Below, one piece after another: positions 43,801-57,300 of a stretch of 64,000 nt of DNA; the stretch's first letter is position 1; each line of letters starts with the position of its first letter. This stretch comes from Auanema rhodensis (Eukaryota > Animalia > Nematoda): positions 18,104,001 to 18,168,000 of the forward strand of contig OZ059900.1 of assembly GCA_964057225.1 (NCBI GenBank). The letters are read 5' to 3'. Both the position numbers and the translations under genes were made by a program. The notes under the pieces were generated by a model, which saw only the letters and a list, made by a program, of their open reading frames with translations, was not told the DNA's origin and searched no databases.

Positions 43801-46521
43801 TACGATTTCATGTGTTCAAACTCATGCAATGTCAATGAAACCTAGCTCAAAATTGTTCCTACAACGTCTAGTTCCACTTTCACGACAAAAAAACAGGGGT
43901 TAGAAAAATAAGGAAATTAGCATATTCTGAGGGCACGCCCCTTATGGCTAATATTGATTAAATCGATTTTTGTTCATATGAGTCGTCAAATGCAACGAAT
44001 TTCAGCGTGTTACATACTAAAATGAAGCATTTTGTATGCTGAACACTAGAAAAATACAAAAACATAGTATTTCCCATGAGAAATATTTTATTATGCTGGA
44101 AAACCAGTTTTTGGAAATTTCGCTGTAAACAAGGTTTTGACTTACGATTTCATGTGTTCAAACTCATGCAATGTCAATGAAACCTAGCTCAAAATTGTTC
44201 GTACAACGTCTAGTTCCACTTTCACGACAAAAAAACAGGGGTTAGAAAATTAAGGAAATTAGCATATTCTGAGGGCACGCCCCTTATGGCTAATATTGAT
44301 TAAATCGATTTTTGTTCATATGAGTCGTCAAATGCAACGAATTTCAGCGTGTTACATACTAAAATAAAGCATTTTACATGCTGAACACTAGAAAAATACA
44401 AAAACACAGTATTTCCCATGAGAAATATTTTATTATGCTGGAAAACCAGTTTTTGGAAATTTCGCTGTAAACAAGGTTTTGACTTACGATTTCATGTGTT
44501 CAAACTCATGCAATGTCAATGAAACCTAGCTCAAAATTGTTCGTACAACGTCTAGTTCCACTTTCACGACAAAAAAACAGGGGTTAGAAAATTAAGGAAA
44601 TTAGCATATTCTGAGGGCACGCCCTTTATGGCTAATATTGATTAAATCGATTTTTGTTCATATGAGTCGTCAAATGCAACGAATTTCAGCGTGTTACATA
44701 CTAAAATGAAGCATTTTACATGCTGAACGCTAGAAAAATACAAAAACACAGTATTACCCATGAGAAATATTTTATTATGCTGGAAAACCAGTTTTTGGAA
44801 ATTTCGCTGTAAACAAGGTTTTGACTTACGATTTCATGTGTTCAAACTCATGCAATGTCAATGAAACCTAGCTCAAAATTGTTCCTACAACGTCTAGTTC
44901 CACTTTCACGACAAAAAAACAGGGGTTAGAAAATTAAGGAAATTAGCATATTCTGAGGGCACGCCCCTTATGGCTAATATTGATTAAATCGATTTTTGTT
45001 CATATGAGTCGTCAAATGCAACGAATTTCAGCGTGTTACATACTAAAATGAAGCATTTTACATGCTGAACACTAGAAAAATACAAAAACACAGTAATACC
45101 CATGAGAAATATTTTATTATGCTGGAAAACCAGTTTTTGGAAATTTCGCTGTAAACAAGGTTTTGACTTACGATTTCATGTGTTCAAACTCATGCAATGT
45201 CAATGAAACCTAGCTCAAAATTGTTCCTACAACGTCTAGTTCCACTTTCACGACAAAAAAACAGGGGTTAGAAAATTAAGGAAATTAGCATATTCTGAGG
45301 GCACGCCCTTTATGGCTAATATTGATTAAATCGATTTTTGTTCATATGAGTCGTCAAATGCAACGAATTTCAGCGTGTTACATACTAAAATGAAGCATTT
45401 CACATGCTGAACACTAGAAAAATACAAAAACACAGTATTTCCCATGAGAAATATTTTATTATGCTGGAAAACCAGTTTTTGGAAATTTCGCTGTAAACAA
45501 GGTTTTGACTTACGATTTCATGTGTTCAAACTCATGCAATGTCAATGAAACCTAGCTCAAAATTGTTCCTACAACGTCTAGTTCCACTTTCACGACAAAA
45601 AAACAGGGGTTAGAAAATTAAGGAAATTAGCATATTCTGAGGGCACGCCCCTTATGGCTAATATTGATTAAATCGATTTTTGTTCATATGAGTCGTCAAA
45701 TGCAACGAATTTCAGCGTGTTACATACTAAAATGAAGCATTTTACATGCTGAACACTAGAAAAATACAAAAACACAGTATTTCCCATGAGAAATATTTTA
45801 TTATGCTGGAAAACCAGTTTTTGGAAATTTCGCTGTAAACAAGGTTTTGACTTACGATTTCATGTGTTCAAACTCATGCAATGTCAATGAAACCTAGCTC
45901 AAAATTGTTCGTACAACGTCTAGTTCCACTTTCACGACAAAAAAACAGGGGTTAGAAAATTAAGGAAATTAGCATATTCTGAGGGCACGCCCCTTATGGC
46001 TAATATTGATTAAATCGATTTTTGTTCATATGAGTCGTCAAATGCAACGAATTTCAGCGTGTCACATACTAAAATGAAGCATTTTACATGCTGAACGCTA
46101 GAAAAATACAAAAACACAGTATTTCCCATGAGAAATATTTTATTATGCTGGAAAACCAGTTTTTGGAAATTTCGCTGTAAACAAGGTTTTGACTTACGAT
46201 TTCATGTGTTCAAACTCATGCAATGTCAATGAAACCTAGCTCAAAATTGTTCGTACAACGTCTAGTTCCACTTTCACGACAAAAAAACAGGGGTTAGAAA
46301 ATTAAGGAATTTAGCATATTCTGAGAGCACGCCCTTTATGGCTAATATTGATTAAATCGATTTTTGTTCATATGAGTCGTCAAATGCAACGAATTTCAGC
46401 ATGTTACATACTAAAATGAAGCATTTTACATGCTGAACGCTAGAAAAATACAAAAACACAGTATTACCCATGAGAAATATTTTATTATGCTGGAAAACCA
46501 GTTTTTGGAAATTTCGCTGTA
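31816..46521. repeat. Central sub-domain (M94-136) with its own variant set and irregular 4- to 8-monomer repeats
   Basis: GAGAGC+AACGC+TATTAC monomers, TTTGTA monomers and AATTAAGC+TAATAC monomers were seen only here. Units run AATTAAGC - plain - (GAGAGC - plain)n - TTTGTA at M94-97, M99-105, M106-111 and M122-129. Confidence 0.8.
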
Positions 46522-48573
46522 AACAAGGTTTTGACTTACGATTTCATGTGTTCAAACTCATGCAATGTCAATGAAACCTAGCTCAAAATTGTTCCTACAA
46601 CGTCTAGTTCCACTTTCACGACAAAAAAACAGGGGTTAGAAAATTAAGGAAATTAGCATATTCTGAGGGCACGCCCCTTATGGCTAATATTGATTAAATC
46701 GATTTTTGTTCATATGAGTCGTCAAATGCAACGAATTTCAGCGTGTTACGTACTAAAATGAAGCATTTTACATGCTGAACACTAGAAAAATACAAAAACA
46801 CAGTATTTCTCATGAGAAATATTTTATTATGCTGGAAAACCAGTTTTTGGAAATTTCGCTGTAAACAAGGTTTTGACTTACGATTTCATGTGTTCAAACT
46901 CATGCAATGTCAATGAAACCTAGCTCAAAATTGTTCCTACAACGTCTAGTTCCACTTTCACGACAAAAAAACAGGGGTTAGAAAATTAAGGAAATTAGCA
47001 TATTCTGAGGGCACGCCCCTTATGGCTAATATTGATTAAATCGATTTTTGTTCATATGAGTCGTCAAATGCAACGAATTTCAGCGTGTTACATACTAAAA
47101 TGAAGCATTTTACATGCTGAACACTAGAAAAATACAAAAACACAGTATTTCCCATGAGAAATATTTTATTATGCTGGAAAACCAGTTTTTGGAAATTTCG
47201 CTGTAAACAAGGTTTTGACTTACGATTTCATGTGTTCAAACTCATGCAATGTCAATGAAACCTAGCTCAAAATTGTTCGTACAACGTCTAGTTCCACTTT
47301 CACGACAAAAAAACAGGGGTTAGAAAATTAAGGAAATTAGCATATTCTGAGGGCACGCCCCTTATGGCTAATATTGATTAAATCGATTTTTGTTCATATG
47401 AGTCGTCAAATGCAACGAATTTCAGCGTGTTACGTACTAAAATGAAGCATTTTACATGCTGAACACTAGAAAAATACAAAAACACAGTATTTCTCATGAG
47501 AAATATTTTATTATGCTGGAAAACCAGTTTTTGGAAATTTCGCTGTAAACAAGGTTTTGACTTACGATTTCATGTGTTCAAACTCATGCAATGTCAATGA
47601 AACCTAGCTCAAAATTGTTCCTACAACGTCTAGTTCCACTTTCACGACAAAAAAACAGGGGTTAGAAAATTAAGGAAATTAGCATATTCTGAGGGCACGC
47701 CCTTTATGGCTAATATTGATTAAATCGATTTTTGTTCATATGAGTCGTCAAATGCAACGAATTTCAGCGTGTTACATACTAAAATGAAGCATTTTACATG
47801 CTGAACACTAGAAAAATACAAAAACACAGTATTTCCCATGAGAAATATTTTATTATGCTGGAAAACCAGTTTTTGGAAATTTCGCTGTAAACAAGGTTTT
47901 GACTTACGATTTCATGTGTTCAAACTCATGCAATGTCAATGAAACCTAGCTCAAAATTGTTCCTACAACGTCTAGTTCCACTTTCACGACAAAAAAACAG
48001 GGGTTAGAAAATTAAGGAAATTAGCATATTCTGAGGGCACGCCCCTTATGGCTAATATTGATTAAATCGATTTTTGTTCATATGAGTCGTCAAATGCAAC
48101 GAATTTCAGCGTGTTACGTACTAAAATGAAGCATTTTACATGCTGAACACTAGAAAAATACAAAAACACAGTATTTCTCATGAGAAATATTTTATTATGC
48201 TGGAAAACCAGTTTTTGGAAATTTCGCTGTAAACAAGGTTTTGACTTACGATTTCATGTGTTCAAACTCATGCAATGTCAATGAAACCTAGCTCAAAATT
48301 GTTCCTACAACGTCTAGTTCCACTTTCACGACAAAAAAACAGGGGTTAGAAAATTAAGGAAATTAGCATATTCTGAGGGCACGCCCTTTATGGCTAATAT
48401 TGATTAAATCGATTTTTGTTCATATGAGTCGTCAAATGCAACGAATTTCAGCGTGTTACATACTAAAATGAAGCATTTTACATGCTGAACACTAGAAAAA
48501 TACAAAAACACAGTATTTCCCATGAGAAATATTTTATTATGCTGGAAAACCAGTTTTTGGAAATTTCGCTGTA
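46522..48573. repeat. Dimer-periodic run (684 bp x3; M137-142)
   Basis: Linked TTACGT + TTTCTC variants in M137, M139 and M141 only, alternating with monomers lacking them. Confidence 0.85.
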
Positions 48574-51500
48574 AACAAGGTTTTGACTTACGATTTCATG
48601 TGTTCAAACTCATGCAATGTCAATGAAACCTAGCTCAAAATTGTTCGTACAACGTCTAGTTCCACTTTCACGACAAAAAAACAGGGGTTAGAAAATTAAG
48701 GAAATTAGCATATTCTGAGGGCACGCCCCTTATGGCTAATATTGATTAAATCGATTTTTGTTCATATGAGTCGTCAAATGCAACGAATTTCAGCGTGTTA
48801 CATACTAAAATGAAGCATTTTACATGCTGAACACTAGAAAAATACAAAAACACAGTATTTCCCATGAGAATAATTTTATTATGCTGGAAAACCAGTTTTT
48901 GGAAATTTCGCTGTAAACAAGGTTTTGACTTACGATTTCATGTGTTCAAACTCATGCAATGTCAATGAAACCTAGCTCAAAATTGTTCGTACAACGTCTA
49001 GTTCCACTTTCACGACAAAAAAACAGGGGTTAGAAAATTAAGGAAATTAGCATATTCTGAGGGCACGCCCCTTATGGCTAATATTGATTAAATCGATTTT
49101 TGTTCATATGAGTCGTCAAATGCAACGAATTTCAGCGTGTTACATACTAAAATGAAGCATTTTACATGCTGAACACTAGAAAAATACAAAAACACAGTAT
49201 TTCCCATGAGAAATATTTTATTATGCTGGAAAACCAGTTTTTGGAAATTTCGCTGTAAACAAGGTTTTGACTTACGATTTCATGTGTTCAAACTCATGCA
49301 ATGTCAATGAAACCTAGCTCAAAATTGTTCGTACAACGACTAGTTCCACTTTCACGACAAAAAAACAGGGGTTAGAAAATTAAGGAAATTAGCATATTCT
49401 GAGGGCACGCCCCTTATGGCTAATATTGATTAAATCGATTTTTGTTCATATGAGTCGTCAAATGCAACGAATTTCAGCGTGTTACATACTAAAATGAAGC
49501 ATTTTACATGCTGAACACTAGAAAAATACAAAAACACAGTATTTCCCATGAGAAATATTTTATTATGCTGGAAAACCAGTTTTTGAAAATTTCGCTGTAA
49601 ACAAGGTTTTGACTTACGATTTCATGTGTTCAAACTCATGCAATGTCAATGAAACCTAGCTCAAAATTGTTCCTACAACGTCTAGTTCCACTTTCACGAC
49701 AAAAAAACAGGGGTTAGAAAATTAAGGAAATTAGCATATTCTGAGGGCACGCCCCTTATGGCTAATATTGATTAAATCGATTTTTGTTCATATGAGTCGT
49801 CAAATGCAACGAATTTCAGCGTGTTACATACTAAAATGAAGCATTTTACATGCTGAACACTAGAAAAATACAAAAACACAGTATTTCCCATGAGAAATAT
49901 TTTATTATGCTGGAAAACCAGTTTTTGGAAATTTCGCTGTAAACAAGGTTTTGACTTACGATTTCATGTGTTCAAACTCATGCAATGTCAATGAAACCTA
50001 GCTCAAAATTGTTCGTACAACGTCTAGTTCCACTTTCACGACAAAAAAACAGGGGTTAGAAAATTAAGTATATTAGCATATTCTGAGGGCACGCCCCTTA
50101 TGGCTAATATTGATTAAATCGATTTTTGTTCATATGAGTCGTCAAATGCAACGAATTTCAGCGTGTTACATACTAAAATGAAGCATTTCACATGCTGAAC
50201 ACTAGAAAAATACAAAAACACAGTATTTCCCATGAGAAATATTTTATTATGCTGGAAAACCAGTTTTTGGAAATTTCGCTGTAAACAAGGTTTTGACTTA
50301 CGATTTCATGTGTTCAAACTCATGCAATGTCAATGAAACCTAGCTCAAAATTGTTCGTACAACGTCTAGTTCCACTTTCACGACAAAAAAACAGGGGTTA
50401 GAAAATTAAGGAAATTAGCATATTCTGAGGGCACGCCCCCTTATGGCTAATATTGATTAAATCGATTTTTGTTCATATGAGTCGTCAAATGCAACGAATT
50501 TCAGCGTGTTACATACTAAAATGAAGCATTTTACATGCTGAACACTAGAAAAATACAAAAACACAGTATTTCCCATGAGAAATATTTTATTATGCTGGAA
50601 AACCAGTTTTTGGAAATTTCGCTGTAAACAAGGTTTTGACTTACGATTTCATGTGTTTAAACTCATGCAATGTCAATGAAACCTAGCTCAAAATTGTTAA
50701 TACAATGTCTAGTTCCACTTTCACGACAAAAAAACAGGGGTTAGAAAATTAAGGAAATTAGCATATTCTGAGGGCACGCCCCTTATGGCTAATATTGATT
50801 AAATCGATTTTTGTTCATATGAGTCGTCAAATGCAACGAATTTCAGCGTGTTACATACTAAAATGAAGCATTTTACATGCTGAACACTAGAAAAATACAA
50901 AAACACAGTATTTCCCATGAGAAATATTTTATTATGCTGGAAAACCAGTTTTTGGAAATTTCGCTGTAAACAAGGTTTTGACTTACGATTTCATGTGTTC
51001 AAACTCATGCAATGTCAATGAAACCTAGCTCAAAATTGTTCCTACAACGTCTAGTTCCACTTTCACGACAAAAAAACAGGGGTTAGAAAATTAAGGAAAT
51101 TAGCATATTCTGAGGGCACGCCCCTTATGGCTAATATTGATTAAATCGATTTTTGTTCATATGAGTCGTCAAATGCAACGAATTTCAGCGTGTTACATAC
51201 TAAAATGAAGCATTTTACATGCTGAACACTAGAAAAATACAAAAACACAGTATTTCCCATGAGAAATATTTTATTATGCTGGAAAACCAGTTTTTGGAAA
51301 TTTCGCTGTAAACAAGGTTTTGACTTACGATTTCATGTGTTCAAACTCATGCAATGTCAATGAAACCTAGCTCAAAATTGTTCCTACAACGTCTAGTTCC
51401 ACTTTCACGACAAAAAAACAGGGGTTAGAAAATTAAGGAAATTAGCATATTCTGAGGGCACGCCCTTTATGGCTAATATTGATTAAATCGATTTTTGTTC

Positions 51501-54388
51501 ATATGAGTCGTCAAATGCAACGAATTTCAGCGTGTTACATACTAAAATGAAGCATTTCACATGCTGAACACTAGAAAAATACAAAAACACAGTATTTCCC
51601 ATGAGAAATATTTTATTATGCTGGAAAACCAGTTTTTGGAAATTTCGCTGTAAACAAGGTTTTGACTTACGATTTCATGTGTTCAAACTCATGCAATGTC
51701 AATGAAACCTAGCTCAAAATTGTTCGTACAACGTCTAGTTCCACTTTCACGACAAAAAAACAGGGGTTAGAAAATTAAGGAAATTAGCATATTCTGAGGG
51801 CACGCCCCTTATGGCTAATATTGATTAAATCGATTTTTGTTCATATGAGTCGTCAAATGCAACGAATTTCAGCGTGTTACATACTAAAATGAAGCATTTT
51901 ACATGCTGAACACTAGAAAAATACAAAAACACAGTAATACCCATGAGAAATATTTTATTATGCTGGAAAACCAGTTTTTGGAAATTTCGCTGTAAACAAG
52001 GTTTTGACTTACGATTTCATGTGTTCAAACTCATGCAATGTCAATGAAACCTAGCTCAAAATTGTTCCTACAACGTCTAGTTCCACTTTCACGACAAAAA
52101 AACAGGGGTTAGAAAATTAAGGAAATTAGCATATTCTGAGGGCACGCCCTTTATGGCTAATATTGATTAAATCGATTTTTGTTCATATGAGTCGTCAAAT
52201 GCAACGAATTTCAGCGTGTTACATACTAAAATGAAGCATTTCACATGCTGAACACTAGAAAAATACAAAAACACAGTATTTCCCATGAGAAATATTTTAT
52301 TATGCTGGAAAACCAGTTTTTGGAAATTTCGCTGTAAACAAGGTTTTGACTTACGATTTCATGTGTTCAAACTCATGCAATGTCAATGAAACCTAGCTCA
52401 AAATTGTTCGTACAACGTCTAGTTCCACTTTCACGACAAAAAAACAGGGGTTAGAAAATTAAGGAAATTAGCATATTCTGAGGGCACGCCCCTTATGGCT
52501 AATATTGATTAAATCGATTTTTGTTCATATGAGTCGTCAAATGCAACGAATTTCAGCGTGTTACATACTAAAATGAAGCATTTTACATGCTGAACACTAG
52601 AAAAATACAAAAACACAGTAATACCCATGAGAAATATTTTATTATGCTGGAAAACCAGTTTTTGGAAATTTCGCTGTAAACAAGGTTTTGACTTACGATT
52701 TCATGTGTTCAAACTCATGCAATGTCAATGAAACCCAGCTCAAAATTGTTCGTACAACGTCTAGTTCCACTTTCACGACAAAAAAACAGGGGTTAGAAAA
52801 TTAAGGAAATTAGCATATTCTGAGGGCACGCCCCTTATGGCTAATATTGATTAAATCGATTTTTGTTCATATGAGTCGTCAAATGCAACGAATTTCAGCG
52901 TGTTACATACTAAAATGAAGCATTTTACATGCTGAACACTAGAAAAATACAAAAACACAGTAATACCCATGAGAAATATTTTATTATGCTGGAAAACCAG
53001 TTTTTGGAAATTTCGCTGTAAACAAGGTTTTGACTTACGATTTCATGTGTTCAAACTCATGCAATGTCAATGAAACCTAGCTCAAAATTGTTAATACAAT
53101 GTCTAGTTCCACTTTCAGGACAAAAAAACAGGGGTTAGAAAATTAAGGAAATTAGCATATTCTGAGGGCACGCCCTTTATGGCTAATATTGATTAAATCG
53201 ATTTTTGTTCATATGAGTCGTCAAATGCAACGAATTTCAGCGTGTTACATACTAAAATGAAGCATTTTACATGCTGAACACTAGAAAAATACAAAAACAC
53301 AGTATTTCCCATGAGAAATATTTTATTATGCTGGAAAACCAGTTTTTGGAAATTTCGCTGTAAACAAGGTTTTGACTTACGATTTCATGTGTTCAAACTC
53401 ATGCAATGTCAATGAAACCTAGCTCAAAATTGTTCGTACAACGTCTAGTTCCACTTTCACGACTAAAAAACAGGGGTTAGAAAATTAAGGAAATTAGCAT
53501 ATTCTGAGGGCACGCCCCTTATGGCTAATATTGATTAAATCGATTTTTGTTCATATGAGTCGTCAAATGCAACGAATTTCAGCGTGTTACATACTAAAAT
53601 GAAGCATTTTACATGCTGAACACTAGAAAAATACAAAAACACAGTATTTCCCATGAGAAATATTTTATTATGCTGGAAAACCAGTTTTTGGAAATTTCGC
53701 TGTAAACAAGGTTTTGACTTACGATTTCATGTGTTCAAACTCATGCAATGTCAATGAAACCTAGCTCAAAATTGTTCGTACAACGTCTAGTTCCACTTTC
53801 ACGACTAAAAAACAGGGGTTAGAAAATTAAGGAAATTAGCATATTCTGAGGGCACGCCCCTTATGGCTAATATTGATTAAATCGATTTTTGTTCATATGA
53901 GTCGTCAAATGCAACGAATTTCAGCGTGTTACATACTAAAATGAAGCATTTTACATGCTGAACACTAGAAAAATACAAAAACACAGTATTTCCCATGAGA
54001 ATTATTTTATTATGCTGGAAAACCAGTTTTTGGAAATTTCGCTGTAAACAAGGATTTGACTTACGATTTCATGTGTTCAAACTCATGCAATGTCAATGAA
54101 ACCTAGCTCAAAATTGTTCGTACAACGTCTAGTTCCACTTTCACGACAAAAAAACAGGGGTTAGAAAATTAAGGAAATTAGCATATTCTGAGGGCACGCC
54201 CCTTATGGCTAATATTGATTAAATCGATTTTTGTTCATATGAGTCGTCAAATGCAACGAATTTCAGCGTGTTACATACTAAAATGAAGCATTTTACATGC
54301 TGAACACTAGAAAAATACAAAAACACAGTATTTCCCATGAGAAATATTTTATTATGCTGGAAAACCAGTTTTTGAAAATTTCGCTGTA

Positions 54389-57300
54389 AACAAGGTTTTG
54401 ACTTACGATTTCATGTGTTCAAACTCATGCAATGTCAATGAAACCTAGCTCAAAATTGTTCCTACAACGTCTAGTTCCACTTTCACGACAAAAAAACAGG
54501 GGTTAGAAAATTAAGGAAATTAGCATATTCTGAGGGCACGCCCTTTATGGCTAATATTGATTAAATCGATTTTTGTTCATATGAGTCGTCAAATGCAACG
54601 AATTTCAGCGTGTTACATACTCAAATGAAGCATTTTACATGCTGAACACTAGAAAAATACAAAAACACAGTATTTCCCATGAGAAATATTTTATTATGCT
54701 GGAAAACCAGTTTTTGGAAATTTCGCTGTAAACAAGGTTTTGACTTACGATTTCATGTGTTCAAACTCATGCAATGTCAATGAAACCTAGCTCAAAATTG
54801 TTCGTACAACGTCTAGTTCCACTTTCACGACAAAAAAACAGGGGTTAGAAAATTAAGGAAATTAGCATATTCTGAGGGCACGCCCCTTATGGCTAATATT
54901 GATTAAATCGATTTTTGTTCATATGAGTCGTCAAATGCAACGAATTTCAGCGTGTTACGTACTAAAATGAAGCATTTTACATGCTGAACACTAGAAAAAT
55001 ACAAAAACACAGTATTTCCCATGAGAAATATTTTATTATGCTGGAAAACCAGTTTTTGGAAATTTCGCTGTAAACAAGGTTTTGACTTACGATTTCATGT
55101 GTTCAAACTCATGCAATGTCAATGAAACCTAGCTCAAAATTGTTCCTACAACGTCTAGTTCCACTTTCACGACAAAAAAACAGGGGTTAGAAAATTAAGG
55201 AAATTAGCATATTCTGAGGGCACGCCCTTTATGGCTAATATTGATTAAATCGATTTTTGTTCATATGAGTCGTCAAATGCAACGAATTTCAGCGTGTTAC
55301 ATACTAAAATGAAGCATTTTACATGCTGAACACTAGAAAAATACAAAAACACAGTATTTCCCATGAGAAATATTTTATTATGCTGGAAAACCAGTTTTTG
55401 GAAATTTCGCTGTAAACAAGGTTTTGACTTACGATTTCATGTGTTCAAACTCATGCAATGTCAATGAAACCTAGCTCAAAATTGTTCGTACAACGTCTAG
55501 TTCCACTTTCACGACAAAAAAACAGGGGTTAGAAAATTAAGGAAATTAGCATATTCTGAGGGCACGCCCCTTATGGCTAATATTGATTAAATCGATTTTT
55601 GTTCATATGAGTCGTCAAATGCAACGAATTTCAGCGTGTTACATACTAAAATGAAGCATTTTACATGCTGAACACTAGAAAAATACAAAAACACAGTATT
55701 TCCCATGAGAATAATTTTATTATGCTGGAAAACCAGTTTTTGGAAATTTCGCTGTAAACAAGGTTTTGACTTACGATTTCATGTGTTCAAACTCATGCAA
55801 TGTCAATGAAACCTAGCTCAAAATTGTTCGTACAACGTCTAGTTCCACTTTTACGACAAAAAAACAGGGGTTAGAAAATTAAGGAAATTAGCATATTCTG
55901 AGGGCACGCCCCTTATGGCTAATATTGATTAAATCGATTTTTGTTCATATGAGTCGTCAAATGCAACGAATTTCAGCGTGTTACATACTAAAATGAAGCA
56001 TTTTACATGCTGAACACTAGAAAAATACAAAAACACAGTATTTCCCATGAGAAATATTTTATTATGCTGGAAAACCAGTTTTTGGAAATTTCGCTGTAAA
56101 CAAGGTTTTGACTTACGATTTCATGTGTTCAAACTCATGCAATGTCAATGAAACCTAGCTCAAAATTGTTCGTACAACGACTAGTTCCACTTTCACGACA
56201 AAAAAACAGGGGTTAGAAAATTAAGGAAATTAGCATATTCTGAGGGCACGCCCCTTATGGCTAATATTGATTAAATCGATTTTTGTTCATATGAGTCGTC
56301 AAATGCAACGAATTTCAGCGTGTTACATACTAAAATGAAGCATTTTACATGCTGAACACTAGAAAAATACAAAAACACAGTATTTCCCATGAGAAATATT
56401 TTATTATGCTGGAAAACCAGTTTTTGAAAATTTCGCTGTAAACAAGGTTTTGACTTACGATTTCATGTGTTCAAACTCATGCAATGTCAATGAAACCTAG
56501 CTCAAAATTGTTCCTACAACGTCTAGTTCCACTTTCACGACAAAAAAACAGGGGTTAGAAAATTAAGGAAATTAGCATATTCTGAGGGCACGCCCTTTAT
56601 GGCTAATATTGATTAAATCGATTTTTGTTCATATGAGTCGTCAAATGCAACGAATTTCAGCGTGTTACATACTCAAATGAAGCATTTTACATGCTGAACA
56701 CTAGAAAAATACAAAAACACAGTATTTCCCATGAGAAATATTTTATTATGCTGGAAAACCAGTTTTTGGAAATTTCGCTGTAAACAAGGTTTTGACTTAC
56801 GATTTCATGTGTTCAAACTCATGCAATGTCAATGAAACCTAGCTCAAAATTGTTCGTACAACGTCTAGTTCCACTTTCACGACAAAAAAACAGGGGTTAG
56901 AAAATTAAGGAAATTAGCATATTCTGAGGGCACGCCCCTTATGGCTAATATTGATTAAATCGATTTTTGTTCATATGAGTCGTCAAATGCAACGAATTTC
57001 AGCGTGTTACGTACTAAAATGAAGCATTTTACATGCTGAACACTAGAAAAATACAAAAACACAGTATTTCCCATGAGAAATATTTTATTATGCTGGAAAA
57101 CCAGTTTTTGGAAATTTCGCTGTAAACAAGGTTTTGACTTACGATTTCATGTGTTCAAACTCATGCAATGTCAATGAAACCTAGCTCAAAATTGTTCCTA
57201 CAACGTCTAGTTCCACTTTCACGACAAAAAAACAGGGGTTAGAAAATTAAGGAAATTAGCATATTCTGAGGGCACGCCCTTTATGGCTAATATTGATTAA

